From contig NW_026250412.1 in the NCBI RefSeq assembly GCF_024521635.1, forward strand, positions 868,001 through 932,000: DNA of 64,000 bases, read 5' to 3'. This stretch comes from Tricharina praecox (lineage: Eukaryota). Each line of letters begins with the position of its first letter. The first letter of the stretch is position 1. Positions 24,007 through 36,918 of the stretch are shown here, piece by piece. The notes beneath the pieces were generated by a model that saw only the letters and a list, made by a program, of their open reading frames with translations, was not told the origin of the DNA and searched no databases. Position numbers and translations under genes: made by a program.

Positions 24007-24754
24007 CTCTGAATGGAGGAGGAGGCGGGACGGCGGATTTGAGCGGCCGAATGGAGTGATCTGCTGTGAGGCTGGCATCTTGGGTTTACTTGGCAGATGG
24101 AACGATCAGGGACACGGGGGAGACAGCACAGTGCTGGAGCGACGTTTGTATCGTGGTAACTATTGTATAACGTATAGTTTTAACCCGGCGTGTACCAGTG
24201 CCACGGACCTGCAAAAAAACTAGGAGCGAGTAATCTAGCAGTGGGCTAGACCAGCTGTAGACCGAGTGATCTGATGTCTAGGTTGAAACACATACACACG
24301 CACCTCCCTGTGATGGAAGGGGTGCATACGCCGTACATACGCAGTACGCCGTACGTACACCGTAGTTACGGCATACGGGGCGTTGGGTTGTGCTGGGCTG
24401 CGTTGCGTTGAGCATCTTGTCCAGACTCCGTCGACTTCCAATGGAGTTCCGTCATTGATTTCCGTCACTGATTTTCGTCTTTGTTTTTGGCCGAGGCAAG
24501 GCAAGGCGAGACGAGGCGAGGATACCAGGCTCCAGGCTCCAGGCTCGCCATGACGTGTCTACTCGAGTAAAGTCCCTGCTTTATCTCGATGCCAGCAGTG
24601 AGCACGTATCCCCCCGAACAGCCTACTCTCACCTACTCTGGTCTGCTCTGGTCTGCTCCGGTCTGCTCCGGTCTGCTCTGGTCTGCTCTGGTCTGCTCTG
24701 GTCTGCTCTGATCTGCTCTGATCTACTCCGGTCTGCTGGTCGAGGTGACGTGCC

Positions 24755-25875
24755 TCCACCTGCTCTGCTCTGCTGGCCGAGGCGACGCAGCACGGTGCAG
24801 CGAGCGAGTGATTACTGGCACTGGCACCGGTACCACCTAGTACTGCCAGGTCCTCTGGCCTTTGTGCAGTGAGCGCTCCGAAGCACGCACGAGTCCCTCC
24901 GAGTCACGACAAACTGCACAGTCCACTCACCCTGCGCCGTCCATCCACCCTGCGCTACCCATTCACCCTCCGCTGTCCCTGCGCAGCCCAATATGTATCG
25001 ACGAGCCTCGCCTCGCCTCGTGAGACAATGACAAAGACAAGACACAAGATACAAGACACATCACTGCCATCTGCCATCTGCCATCTAGGATTGGGAAAAA
25101 CAATGAATAATAATTTCGTTTAGTTGTCTGACTAACCTACTTACATAAGCCCACAAGCGAAACTGTAAACAGCACATGAAAAACCAAGCCACACCCCGTC
25201 CGCCTGCTTTGCTGGCCGAGGTGACGCAGCACGGCGCAGCGAGCGGCGAGCGAGTGATTCCTAGCACTACTTAGTACTGGCACGTCCTCTGGCCCCTAGA
25301 CAGTAGGTCCTCCGAAACACGCACAGGTCACGGCGAGTCACGACGAGTCTCGCCAAACTGCACTGTCCATTCACCCTACGCTGTCCTGTGTCGATTCACC
25401 CTGCGCAATGTAGTGTCGATTCACCTTGCGCAGTGCAGTGTCGATTCACCCTGCGCAGTGCAGTGTCGATTCACCCTGCGCAATGTAGTGTCGATTCACC
25501 TTGCGCAGTGCAGTGTCCATTCACCTTGCGCAGTGCAGTGTCCATTCACTCTGCGCCGTCCATCGACGAGCCTCGCCGAGTGAGACAATGACAAAAGACA
25601 CGATGACACAAAAGCCAAATCAGTCTACCATTACTCTGCCATCTTTCATCTGCCATGGACTTGGAAAATAGATAAAATAACAATTTCATTTTCTCCTCGC
25701 CGCCGAGCGGTTTGTCTGTCCGTCCGTCCGTCTGTCCATCTGTCCGTCCGTCTGTCTGTCTGTCTGTTTATCTGTCTATCTGTGTCTCTCTCTCTGTCTG
25801 TCTGACCTACTTACATAAGCAATTACATAAGCCCACAGGCAAAACTGCAAACAGCACATGTAAAACCCTCCCCAC
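24755..25875. repeat. Diverged tandem duplication (~445-bp copy A, ~675-bp copy B); copy B carries a 25-bp minisatellite (~7 units, 25390-25560) and a (GTCY)n tract
   Basis: Blocks shared in the same order: GCTGGCCGAGGYGACGCAGCACGG, GTCCTCTGGCC, GAGTCACGAC, ATCGACGAGCCTCGCC, GTGAGACAATGACAAA, ACCTACTTACATAAGC, AAACAGCACATG. Confidence 0.85.
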
Positions 25876-26933
25876 TCCCCCCCCTCCCACCTGCGCACGT
25901 TTTCCCCTTATTGCCGCCCGCCAACCATTCAGCCGCGGCGTCAGTCCCGTCTTCGGTCCTATTCCCGCTGGTCCCGTCGGAAAAGCAATTCATTAAAATT
26001 TCCAAAATTTCCAAAACATTCAAAATCTCAGAAAATTAGAAAAATTAGAAAAATTTACCCGAAGGCGCAGCGGCGCAATCTCCTCGTCTTGTGATCGTTA
26101 CCTCCTAGTACTCTTGGCCGCCTTAACGCCACCCTTTCACCAAGTATTCACATTGCGTGCTCGTGTGTACTTGCGGTCTCATCTCCGTCACTCTTCTCCG
26201 TGGAGGCGGAGTCTCTCCCGCGACAACTATGATCAGCTCCACATTTTTGCCCCACGGCTCAGCCCCCTCGCCCCTCGTCGCTAATGATCGAGTGATATCC
26301 CGTGATACATACCCGCCTGGAACTTCTCGATGGGCACAATGACCTATCGTGTCGTATAACCAACTACAAATCCTCACCACAACACAACGGAAAAGCGAAA
26401 TGAAATGAAACCATTGTCTACCGTAGCTTAGCTTAGATACATATGTAAGTAAATACATAGCCCCCCCTTCCCCCTCCATCTCGCCACCCGAAATGATCGC
26501 CCCAGCCCCCTCCACTACTTTCTTACTCCTTCGGACACATGCAACGCAAAAAAGGGTTCGTACATAAAGGAAAAGGAAAGAAGAAGAGACTATACGAAAT
26601 GAGATGGTATAAACGCACACAAACACGAACACGAACATGAACATGAACACGAACGAAACAACTAGGTAGGTAGGTAGGTCCGACAAGAGAGAATCAAGCA
26701 GGCAAGGTAAGGTAGGTAACCACTTCAATCTCCATGCAACCATGCGCGCATGGGAGAGAGAGAGAGAGAGAGAAAGGTGGAGGCGGAGTGAATGTGTAGG
26801 TATGTGATGGTGATGGTGACCCGTTCGCAGCGGCGACGAGCGGTGGCGAGAAGGGATAGCTAGCTAGCTAGTCGAATCCATTGGTTGGGAGACCCAAACC
26901 TTCAAGCCACTCGTCCAGAATACCGGCGGTTAG

Positions 26934-29713
26934 TCACCGCTGTTGCTGTTGCTGCTGTTGCTGTTCCAGGGGACCCATCCCCCACATGGCCGTATCATCG
27001 TTCATCAGATTCGCCAGTATGTCCAGATCGGTTCCCCGCTGGATCCCCTCCATCTCGTTGATCATGAAGTCCTCCGTCGTTTGTTGGAGATCCCAGCCCG
27101 GATCGGTCACCCAGAGGTTTGGACTGGGACTGCCGGGGGGTACCCCGACTTCGGCGCCGTACCACCCGTTGTTGGGCATTGGTGATGAGGGCGGTGCTGC
27201 CGGTGGAACCGACGGCGTCAACGAGGGCACTTCCAGTGTCTGACTCTCGGCAAACGATCTGACCGAGCCGCCCGACGCCCTGCGCGCACCGTCGTGAGGT
27301 GAGAGCATACGCGACGACGCGGTGGCGGAGGAGTACGCCAGCGTCGAGTGGGCCAATGAATCAAATTTGGTCTTTGATTTCTGTGCGGTCGGCCACAGCT
27401 GGGACAGGTCGGCCAAGAGCTGCGAGCAACACCTGATCTCCTCCGCCAGAAACCCGCCCCCCGCTTTTGCGCGGACTTCCTGGCAGGTCCGGTGGCTGTA
27501 AAGCATCGTGATGCCCGCAAGGAATATCGAGTTCTCCGTCAGACGGGTGTAGGGGTGATACGGTGTCTCGTTGTATCGCTTCGGCCTGAAGTATATCCTG
27601 ACGGTTTCGACTGCCGAGTGGAAGCATTTGTCCAGAGCAAAAGACGTCGGGTGGACGATTATTGGGCTTGGCCGGAAAAGCAACTGGATGGCTTCGTGGA
27701 CCTTCAGCTCAACCAGTTGTGTTCCTGCGACTTGTGACGGAGAACCGGTACCCCGACGTATGCCCGTGAGGGAAGACCGAGCCTGCTCCTGGAGGTCGAG
27801 AAGCTGCTGGTAAGTTCTTATCTGCCACTCCCCGATATCCCAAGTGCCAGTGGATGGTGAAACTCGATACAGCATGGACTTGATGCTCGAGATGATCTTC
27901 ATTATTTTAAAAACGAATACCGAGCAGCTGAAGAGGGTTCTCGAGGCCCCAATGGACTTTGAGTTTGCCAGGGAATGCGAGGGATTCGCGAGTTCCTCGT
28001 CGTTGTCTGTATCCTGGGGAAATTCAACATCGAGGGATTCGTCGCGAAGCGAGAAAGGCCTGCCAAGGGCGATGCCCAGATTCCGATCGAGAGAGTACGC
28101 ACACCAGAACACGCGACGCTTGACAGCCGCCTTACCCTGGTCGCCGGGCATCTCGAATTTTCGTTGCAGGCCCAGGTCGATGCAAGTTGCCATGATTATC
28201 GCATTCAGATACCACACGTTCCGGCCGCCGGTTGCATACAGGCTGTGCATAGCCAGCAAGAGCGCATTCTGTGCACCTTGGAGGCTGCCCGTCAGCGAAA
28301 CATCACCGGCTAGCTGCATTGCCGCGGCATAATAGCCTTCGCTGTTGAAATTCCCGCCCGCTCGTGTCGACAGTATGTGTGCTCCGATCGAGAGGACGAT
28401 GAATGCTTGGAATCGAGCCACCGGTGCCGAAAAGCCCGGGGGTAACCCCTCCGCATCGTCGTGGCCTCGCGCCTGGCATACGGCCTGCAAGCAGGCTTCG
28501 AAGGTCGGCTGGTGAAGAAACGGGTACTGCAAGTGGACACTCTCGAAATACGTCTTGAAAAACGGCGCGCATTCCTCCATGCTCGGCAGTGGGGCTGGCT
28601 CAACGTTCGGAACCGGTGTGTGTCGTTCCAGCCCCTCCAGGTCACCATCCTGCAAGTCCCCTCTATCGTCCGCAAAGACCATGCGTGCGAAGTTGACCCC
28701 CGATGAGGATCCAAAATATTTCGGCTCCTCCGCCGCTGACAGTGCCAGCAAGCAGACTTCGTGGGGAAGTGCCGGAGTATCTTGCGCCAGCATCAATGGG
28801 CTCGCTGGAGCGGGTGACGGAGCACGGGAAGGTCCCACCTCGGAGAAGGTGAACGGGCTCATGGGCTGTAGGTATCCCGGGGATACACCGGGAGACGAGA
28901 ACTCGAACGACACCGGTGTGGCACATGTCGATGCCGGTGACAGTGCGAAGACGGGCGAGGACGTAGAGCTCATGCACTGAAGAGGTTGATGGAAGTCTGG
29001 CCCGGTCGTGACGATCCGTATTGCGGGCGGTGCTGGCCTCGAGCGGAGCTCCACTGTCGGGCCGATCGATAGATCGATTTCAGGACATTGTGCTCTCACG
29101 ATGTCTTCAAGCCACTTGATCCTGTTTTCGAGCTCGAGCACATGACTGCAAAGAGGTTAGCCATAGAAACGCCACCAGATATGCGCCAACTCTTCCGTCG
29201 ACAGCAATGAGAGCATGTCGTGAAAGAGTCGCGTGACTTCGAAGCTCACCTTCTAGGCATGTTGTTATCGCCGGCCCTGTCGACCTCGATGCATTCCACC
29301 CCCGCCTTGACGCAGCTACGGCAAGCTGGGAGAGCGCCATCGCAGCGAATCTTTCTCGTCCTGCATCGCTGGCAGGCGGTAACGATCTTCTTTTTGAGAC
29401 TCGGCGTGCCTGGCGTGGGCGTCGACAGCGACGAGGTTGATGCGGACCTGGACCTGGCCACATGTGGTTTCCCAAGAGTGGCCATATGGTTGTGGCCAAA
29501 AGACGGCGACGGGGCTTGTCCCGGATGGGGTTGCGGGGGCCACCCCGAAGTCGCACCAAGAACAGCAGCCGCAGTGAGGGACGACGGCGACGGCGACGGC
29601 GACGGGGCCGTCCCCAGGAAGCCATGCTGCTGCACCATCTCCAGATCTTGTTGCTGGTCGACATCCTCATACGAGATGGTGGGTACGGACAATGTTCGGC
29701 GTTCCCTCTGCAT
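26934..29713 (-). CDS. Zn(II)2Cys6 transcription factor with fungal-specific middle homology domain, Ppr1/UaY-like (exons 29713-29250, 29145-26934)
   Basis: ACQRCRTRKIRCDGALPACRSCVKAGVEC zinc cluster, dimerisation segment HVLELENRIKWLE, YFGSSSG, YPFLH, KRRVFWCAYSLDR...LGRP. GTGAGC..CTAAC..CAG intron 29146-29249. Confidence 0.92.
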
Positions 29714-32700
29714 GTTGAGATCGCGGGGCGGTCGATCCGACCGACAGAAACGGGCAACAAAAATGCAGGAGCGGGAATAAAATTCGGAGCCAGTGGTGTG
29801 AGCGCAGGCTGTTTCCGTGCAAATGCTTATTTTTTTATATATATATTTTTATTTACGTTTCAGTGGAATGGATAATATTGGATGGCGGGGGCGGGGGAGG
29901 GAGGGGGGAGTGTGAGTATGAGGTGGGTTGTCGTATGGCGCACGAATGGATGTCGTGCAGCCGTTGAGCTGTAAATAAAAGTCGAGATGTCGTTAACGTA
30001 TGTATGTAGGGTGTGTGTGTATCAGAGCTCCCCCCACCGCTGTCGTTCGACGTGTGTGGGTGTGTGAGTGTCCTTCGCTTTTTTTTCCGCGCTCTTAATC
30101 CCTTGTGGGCCCTGCAGGCAAATGCGATTCGTCCCACGGCGAGTGAGTCCTCACTGAAACCTCCCCCCTCCTCCCCCCCACGTTCAAGATAGCCTGACCG
30201 CCTCTTCGCCCTTGCGGTGCGTCTCTCCTGTCCCTTACCTTGCGCCCCACAACGTCCACGGCTCCCTCAAGCGAAGAAGGACTTGGACTTGGACTGCTGG
30301 TACTATACTCGCGCTTCGACGGGTTATCGCTGCTGGATCGATAATAATGGCTTGGAGTTGTCCTCCCAAGAACACTCCCGTCTTGGATCCCAAGACACAA
30401 GACCTTTACCGAGCTCGTCGCGGCCGCTAGGATGCGATGAAAATTGGTTGCCGCAAGTGGGAACCTCTTTTCCGACAGAGAGCGCTCCTCGCCAACCTAG
30501 ATATCGATCCAAACTGCGAGGGACAGGTCAGCCTGTTGCGTCTCGTCGATCCGTAACGGCAGAGGTTGGTCAGGCACGGACATGAGAGGGTGCTCGGAGA
30601 GTAGAACAGAGCAGAGCAGAGTCGAGCGGAGTTGAGCAGAGCAGAACAGAACAAAGTAGAGTTGAGTTGAGTAGTATAGGTAAGACACCCGTACGTGAAC
30701 TGCGAGCTTCGGTCCTCCTGGGGGGCTCCTCTCCTCGTCCCTAGGCGCTCTACCGGATCAGCGCGCGGGGTGAGCCAGTGTGGGCGTGGGCGTGCAGCGT
30801 GCTCGGGTTGGCCCGTGGGAACGTATGTATGTAGAGTAAGGTAGTGGAGATGACAAAATAGTTTAGTCAGTGGTTGGAGGTTAATCTTGAAGACAGTTGC
30901 GGTTGCCGTGGCGCAGGCGGCATTGGCCGTACCTACATAACAATACTGAGCAGGCACGCCGGAGGGAGCGAGATGCAACGCACATTATTACGCGCGACTG
31001 GACTGACCGAACGAAGGGTAATACCGTAATACCGTAAGGACGTTTGGGGGGTCTCTGCGTGCTGGCAACTTGACTGGCTATGGGTGGCCGGCGGCGGTGG
31101 ACGAGGTGCTGGTGGTATAGTTGGTTAGTGGAGGTGGTGGCAGTGGAGGTGGTGGTCACTGGTGGTGCAGTCGTCTTGGCTCTCCGACATTAGTGTAGAT
31201 TCACGGCAGATTGGGGGCTGTGCGAGCCAGCGAGCGAATGAGCAAACAGGCAAGGGAGGAAGAGAAAAAATAAGAGATCTCCTGAAGAAGCCGGTGCTTG
31301 CTTGCTTGCTCTGGAACGGCGCGTTAAGTATGTCGGTATCTAACCGCAACCAACCCACCGCCTCAAGCCTTCGATCGTGCATGGTGGGGGGAGGGGGGAT
31401 TCAAGGCGCTCGTCGGGCGACTCTTTTGCGGATTCGGCTGGAGTGACCCTCTCCGGCGCCCTGGTCCCTTGTCCCGGGACCGCACCTTCCCACTTCCTCG
31501 GCCCTGAGAGTGCTCACTGCACAGCCGCGCTCCGTCCGCGGCCGCGACCGGCGCTGCATGTACGGAGGGGGCGATTCAAAGAGAGAGCGAGATCTCGGCA
31601 GGGGCAAGTTCTAACCGTCGACGCTCAATCGAAATTAAGCCCACACACGCGGGGGTGGGAATCTACCATAGTCTAACTTTCGAATCAAGGTCTCTGGAAG
31701 AAACGCTAAGGAAACGAGCCGGTGCTGAAACGCTACATGTCATCATCATCATCATCGTGGCACCGACTTCCATACATATCATACCTCATACCTTCGTTCG
31801 TTCGTTCGTTTCCAGTGGCGTCTTTTTCTCCTCCTTCTCGCCGCCGGTTATGCAACTGCAGAGATGGCATGTGGGCTGCTGGCTGGCCACCTCGCTCTCG
31901 GTCAACCTCTGCCCTGGGATGGATGGACGGATGGACGGAGCTCGCTGGCACTCTGCACTCCGCACACTGAGCTGCAGCGAGCGAATCACGATGAGGTCTC
32001 TCTCCGGGTATGTGGAGCACTCGTACATCTCCGTTCGGGCTCGAGTACCTAAGTTAGCAGGCAGAGAACCGTACATACCGTATGTACATACCGGTAGATA
32101 GATGCCCACTGCACCGCATGCAAACAACAGGAAGATAGGTAGAACCTGCTCTTCCCCGGCCAGTCAAGTCACCACGTCCAACGACCTTTGAGCCGAGTGG
32201 AGCGGAGCGCGAAAAGCATCCGGTGGATGGATGCTCTAGAGCAACTGGCAACCGGCAACTGCACTGCACATCGGGCTCACCTGTCCGTCCTGGCTGGGCT
32301 TGGCCGCTGATACCTACCATATATATAGAGGACTCGCTTGCTCACTCACGGAGACTCCTCCGTTGCGCCAGATAGGTAGGTAGAGTGGGTATGTGGTCTA
32401 TGTGGTCTCCAATATCATCATCATCAGTAGCAAGTACGGTATGTATCGCCTCCCACTCTACCTATGGTACTATACCGGTACCAGTATCTTCAGCAAGTAT
32501 GTTTGTACATAGAGTGTCGCCTCCCACTCTACTGGTATCATGGGCAAGTATGTAGAGTGTACCGGTGTCACCCACCGTCACTCTACTATCTGTGGCCCTT
32601 TCCATCGCGGCTCTCTTTTATACATAGTGCCCACCAGCCGCCTACGCAATAGCATGTTTTTTTGTGTTACAGGACGTGAACCGTGATGTCAAAGGATTCG

Positions 32701-34412
32701 TCACGATCTTTCACTCCCCAACACCTGTTCTCCTCTTTTCCAACTCCTCTCCCCAACTCCTCTCCTCTTCTCAACTCCCCCTCTCCCCCCAAAAGTTGAA
32801 AGTTGAAAGTTGACATCCCCTTAGTCCGCAGGCGGCTAGAGCCTCGCAGGTGGGGATATCTGGTTACTGGTCCATAACCTCCCATGTCACCCACCACCAC
32901 CTGCAGGCTGCAGCATGCATGCATGCCAAGCGGCGGAGTTATGCCCGATATCCCTGCACTGATCAAGTTCGTTTATGGGATCCCTGTATTCCTTCCCACT
33001 AGTGGGACTAGTGGAGTGGTACACCTTCAACCGGGAGGGAGGGAGGGAACATCCCCTCGTGAGAATTGGAATTGGGAATTTCAGGTTTACAGTGGACAGT
33101 GGGTATTTGACACTTGGCAGTGGGTACTTGGCAGGCGGGTAATGTGGCGAGTGCGTGGTGTGAGGTGAGTGTGAGGTGTCGTGTGCAAGGACAGAGTGGG
33201 CGGGGGCGGGGGGAAGGCCCGACGGGGGTGTTTCCGGCGACTCGCGAGTGATGGAACCTGACTGTACGATACATAACCGACCAGAGCAGAGCACAGTAAC
33301 GGTGTCCGCGCGTCCGAGCCCGATCATGTAAGCGGTGCAGCGCGAACGAACGAACGGAGTGGATTCATCACAGCTCCTCTCCGGTCACCGGTGTGAGAAC
33401 TGCACGGATATGGGTATATATACACCTCAGTCACTCAGGACTCGTCAGGAGTCAGTAACTTACCCCCCTTTCGCGCAGCGAGGCCGTTTCCATTGGTTGT
33501 GCTTAGGCGCGTAATAAGTACCGGTACTCCACCGTACCGGTCGGTTCCAGGCTTCAAGCTTCTCGGCGTTTGATGGGTTGATGGGTTCGGGGTTCGGGGC
33601 TTGGTACCTGCTATAGGTACTTGTGTACTTGTCCCCCGGTATGAAAACGAGGCGACGTTTCATCACATCATGCACCGTCGCACCGAGGCCAGCTCAACTG
33701 ACCGCCTGCTTTCTTTCACACTTCACATACACGTCACCAGAGTCGTGTCGTGGCTCCCGGCCGGTCGGGTTTACGGGATTTACGGGACCCCCCCAAATTC
33801 GTGGTTACTTAACTAGCTTGCGGCGCCGGCGCCGACGCCGACGATAATCGTGTCAAGAGTCAACATCGGCGACCGATGGTGGTGGTGATGATCGTTGAAA
33901 ACCCCGATCCAGGCTCTCGCCTTCGTTGGGTAGGTAGTTGTGTACCGGTATGGAGGATAGGAAGTTGTGAGGAGGAGGAGGAGGAGGAGAAGGAGGAAGT
34001 TGGAGCAGAGCCAGAAGCCCGGCCGTTCGCCCGACTGTTACCTATGGTATGGTATCTACATAGATGGAGTCTTCTAGAGTATGAAGGGAGGTATAGATGG
34101 AGTCTGATGGAAGTCATAACCAGGCAAGAGGCGGCAGTGCTCGTATAACCAAATCATCAATTACTCATGACAAAAAAAACAAACGAGAACGAGCCCTATA
34201 GTCAGCCATAATCATGCCTTTAAGACCGCCTTCCAGAATACTGTGAGATTTCCAAATACCCACCTCGTCTTCCCAGATCCAGATCTAGCCCAGATAACCG
34301 ACAACAACGACCGCCGGAAAATTTCTGACCTGACGATGAGACGACGAAAGGTCCATGATCTGCGCCGCAGCAGTGGAATTGCGTCGTGCGCACCCCCACA
34401 GTTCCGCAGTGA

Positions 34413-36393
34413 GGCTGTGTGGCTGGCTAGAGTGTAACACCGTATCCATCACATCCATATCCATACATATCCATATCCATATCCAGACCCATAGCCTAGC
34501 GAATTCCATATCGGGCGGATCTGAGCTGTAAAGTACCTACAGTACGATCGATTAGTTGGACAGGTAGTTAGCCTGGTGTACGGCCCTGGCGAAGCATAGC
34601 ACAGCATAGCGCAAGGCGGAGGGGACAAGTATGGATTGTATGCATCTGTGGATATTGGAGGAAGATGGACCGCGGACTCGGACTGGCTCGGACTCACTCG
34701 GACTCGGTCGTGAGTTACGGAGTATGGGGCACTTTTATCTTGCTGCCTTTGTGACCTTCTCCTAGGCTCCGACGACGACGGCATCCATCCGCTTGCTTGT
34801 CTCCGTATGGATACGGTGAATAGGAAGTCGGTGGTCACTGAGCGCAGGCACAGCCATACCTACCGTACTAACCGCTCTACATAGAGGATTCCATGATCGT
34901 GATGCGGTAGTCGAAGGCGAGCACAGCCATACCCACTCTACCTACGACACCAGAAGATTCGAGGATCGTGATATCTACCTACGGTACCTAGTCACGAGCG
35001 CTGGCACAGCTACTCTAGTTAGCAGTGTACCTACGTCAAGTACAACGCGCAGCGATCGCGGCAAAGAGTCGTCGTCGTCGTCGTCGTTGCCGTGGACGGC
35101 GTTCGGTGGCATACTCCGCTTATCGCAGCTGAATCCAGCTTTGACGTCCGAGTGCGCTAGCGTACTACTAGTAGTCGCGCTGTCCGTCCGTTGAAGCCTT
35201 TACTAGGTACCGTGGCAGAGGTACCGTGGTTGCGTACATACGGACGGACGGAATGTGGCCACCGCCATCAAAGTCAACGTCGACAAGTCTTGCGGAGGAT
35301 CGGTGCGGTCACGAACGCCAGAAGCACGGCTGTGCACTCTGGCAGGTCATCGATCATGCGTAGTGGACTTACCTGGGGTAGGTTCATATGTGTGATACGT
35401 AGTAACGTGGGTACACCCTCGCGGCGCCGGGGGCTCGCGGCCATCCGCCAGCCAGTTTGCTATTCGCTAATCTCATGCCCTATGCGCATATTCTCGCGGA
35501 GAACGAACCGTGAGGTGTCACAGACTAGAACGGTTAGTACCTATGTTCACATCGGCGCCCGTGTGGCTTGCACACGCGTTTTTCTCTCTGTTTCGTTTTC
35601 CGTTGGGATGCACCGCCTCAACTGAGCCCTCGGTGTGGCGCCGGTCGGGGCCCAGAGCCTGCTAGAGTACACACTCTACTGTGGTTCCGAGCCGAGATTT
35701 GTCACCCGAGAAAAATCTCAGCTGCCCTGGCCACTCAATCACAGCCCACACAGCCAGCGCCAAGTCGGATTATTCCGGTACGCACGGTCCCGGCCTGTGA
35801 CTAAGCGCCGACATCAGCCAGACTTCCATACCCGCCGTCGCAGACTGTGGCAGAGCGATAACTACATTTTGCTAGTAGATCGTTAACTCGTTACTTTAGG
35901 GAAACAAGGCCCCCTCACCCGTCTGGCGCTTCGCGTCGTCCCAAACATCGAAACCGAGACCAAAATTCCATTGAAACCGACGAGCCTCTGAACGAAACTT
36001 GGCTTCGGTGCTTCCGGGTCCAGTGTTCTTTGTTCCGTGTTCTTGTTGTGCTGTAGTTGTGATGTGTATGTAGATGAAGTTGTGTAGTTCCTCAGGCTGC
36101 CATGGCTGGCAGGGTTCCATGCAAAGTCCTTTCCCGATCAGGACTGGACCCGGAGGACCGCCGCTCTCCAATTTTTGCTCTGCATTTTTCCCGTCAGTTG
36201 CTGCCCGCCGGATCGGCAGCACAATAAATTCCAGCTCGCTCGCAATGATATTCACTAGAACAGGTGGAATGAGAGGTCGGGGACCTTGGTTTGCCATCGC
36301 CAGCAGCTCCCGACTGCCCCTACCTACCTAGGGATGTTGGAGTAGTAGCAGTATCACCTAGTGTGTCGCCATCCCTTCCGTTGAAGCACAGCC
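34413..36393. promoter_or_regulatory. Cluster of seven CACAGCC/GGCTGTG motifs (candidate Crz1/CrzA calcineurin-dependent response elements) upstream of PMC1
   Basis: Copies at 34413, 34849, 34922, 35328, 35740, 35749 and 36387. PMC1 orthologues are established Crz1 targets. Confidence 0.6.
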
Positions 36394-36918
36394 CACGGAG
36401 TAGACGCCGCTGTTCTGCCGGGCCCAGCTACACACATGCCAATTCTCCATGCTCCCTGATTATAAGGACCGTGACCTTTTCCTGGATCTGTACTGAATCT
36501 CTTGCTGCATATTAAACCTTTTGGTTCCCGCTCCTCAAAGTCTTCTCAAGATCCTCCTTTTCCATCGGATCCTAAGATCCCCCTCCCCCCATACATCCAA
36601 GCATCAGGTCCACCTCTCGCACCACACCGATCCTCCCCGAAGTCGAATCAACCCATCCGGGCTCGTATCTCGATTCCTTCGAACCGGCCAGCGACCACCC
36701 ACACGTCGCACACTGCACATCGCGCATCGTACTCCGAACAACACACGCACAGTACCATACCGGTGTTTGCGGTTTCCATTCGCAGACAAGGCAACCCCCT
36801 ATAAGTAGAAAAGTAACACTCCGACTTTGCGTGCAGCCTGCCTGGAGAAGTACATAGCCAGACGGTTGCAACAAGAAAAGAAAAGAAAAAGGCTCCCCCC
36901 CTTTCTCCCCCGACAACG

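Noticed and set aside
29760-36900. Short ORFs in the 7-kb divergent region between the Zn2Cys6 gene and PMC1
   Set aside because: No coding bias or domain similarity; treated as regulatory or UTR sequence.
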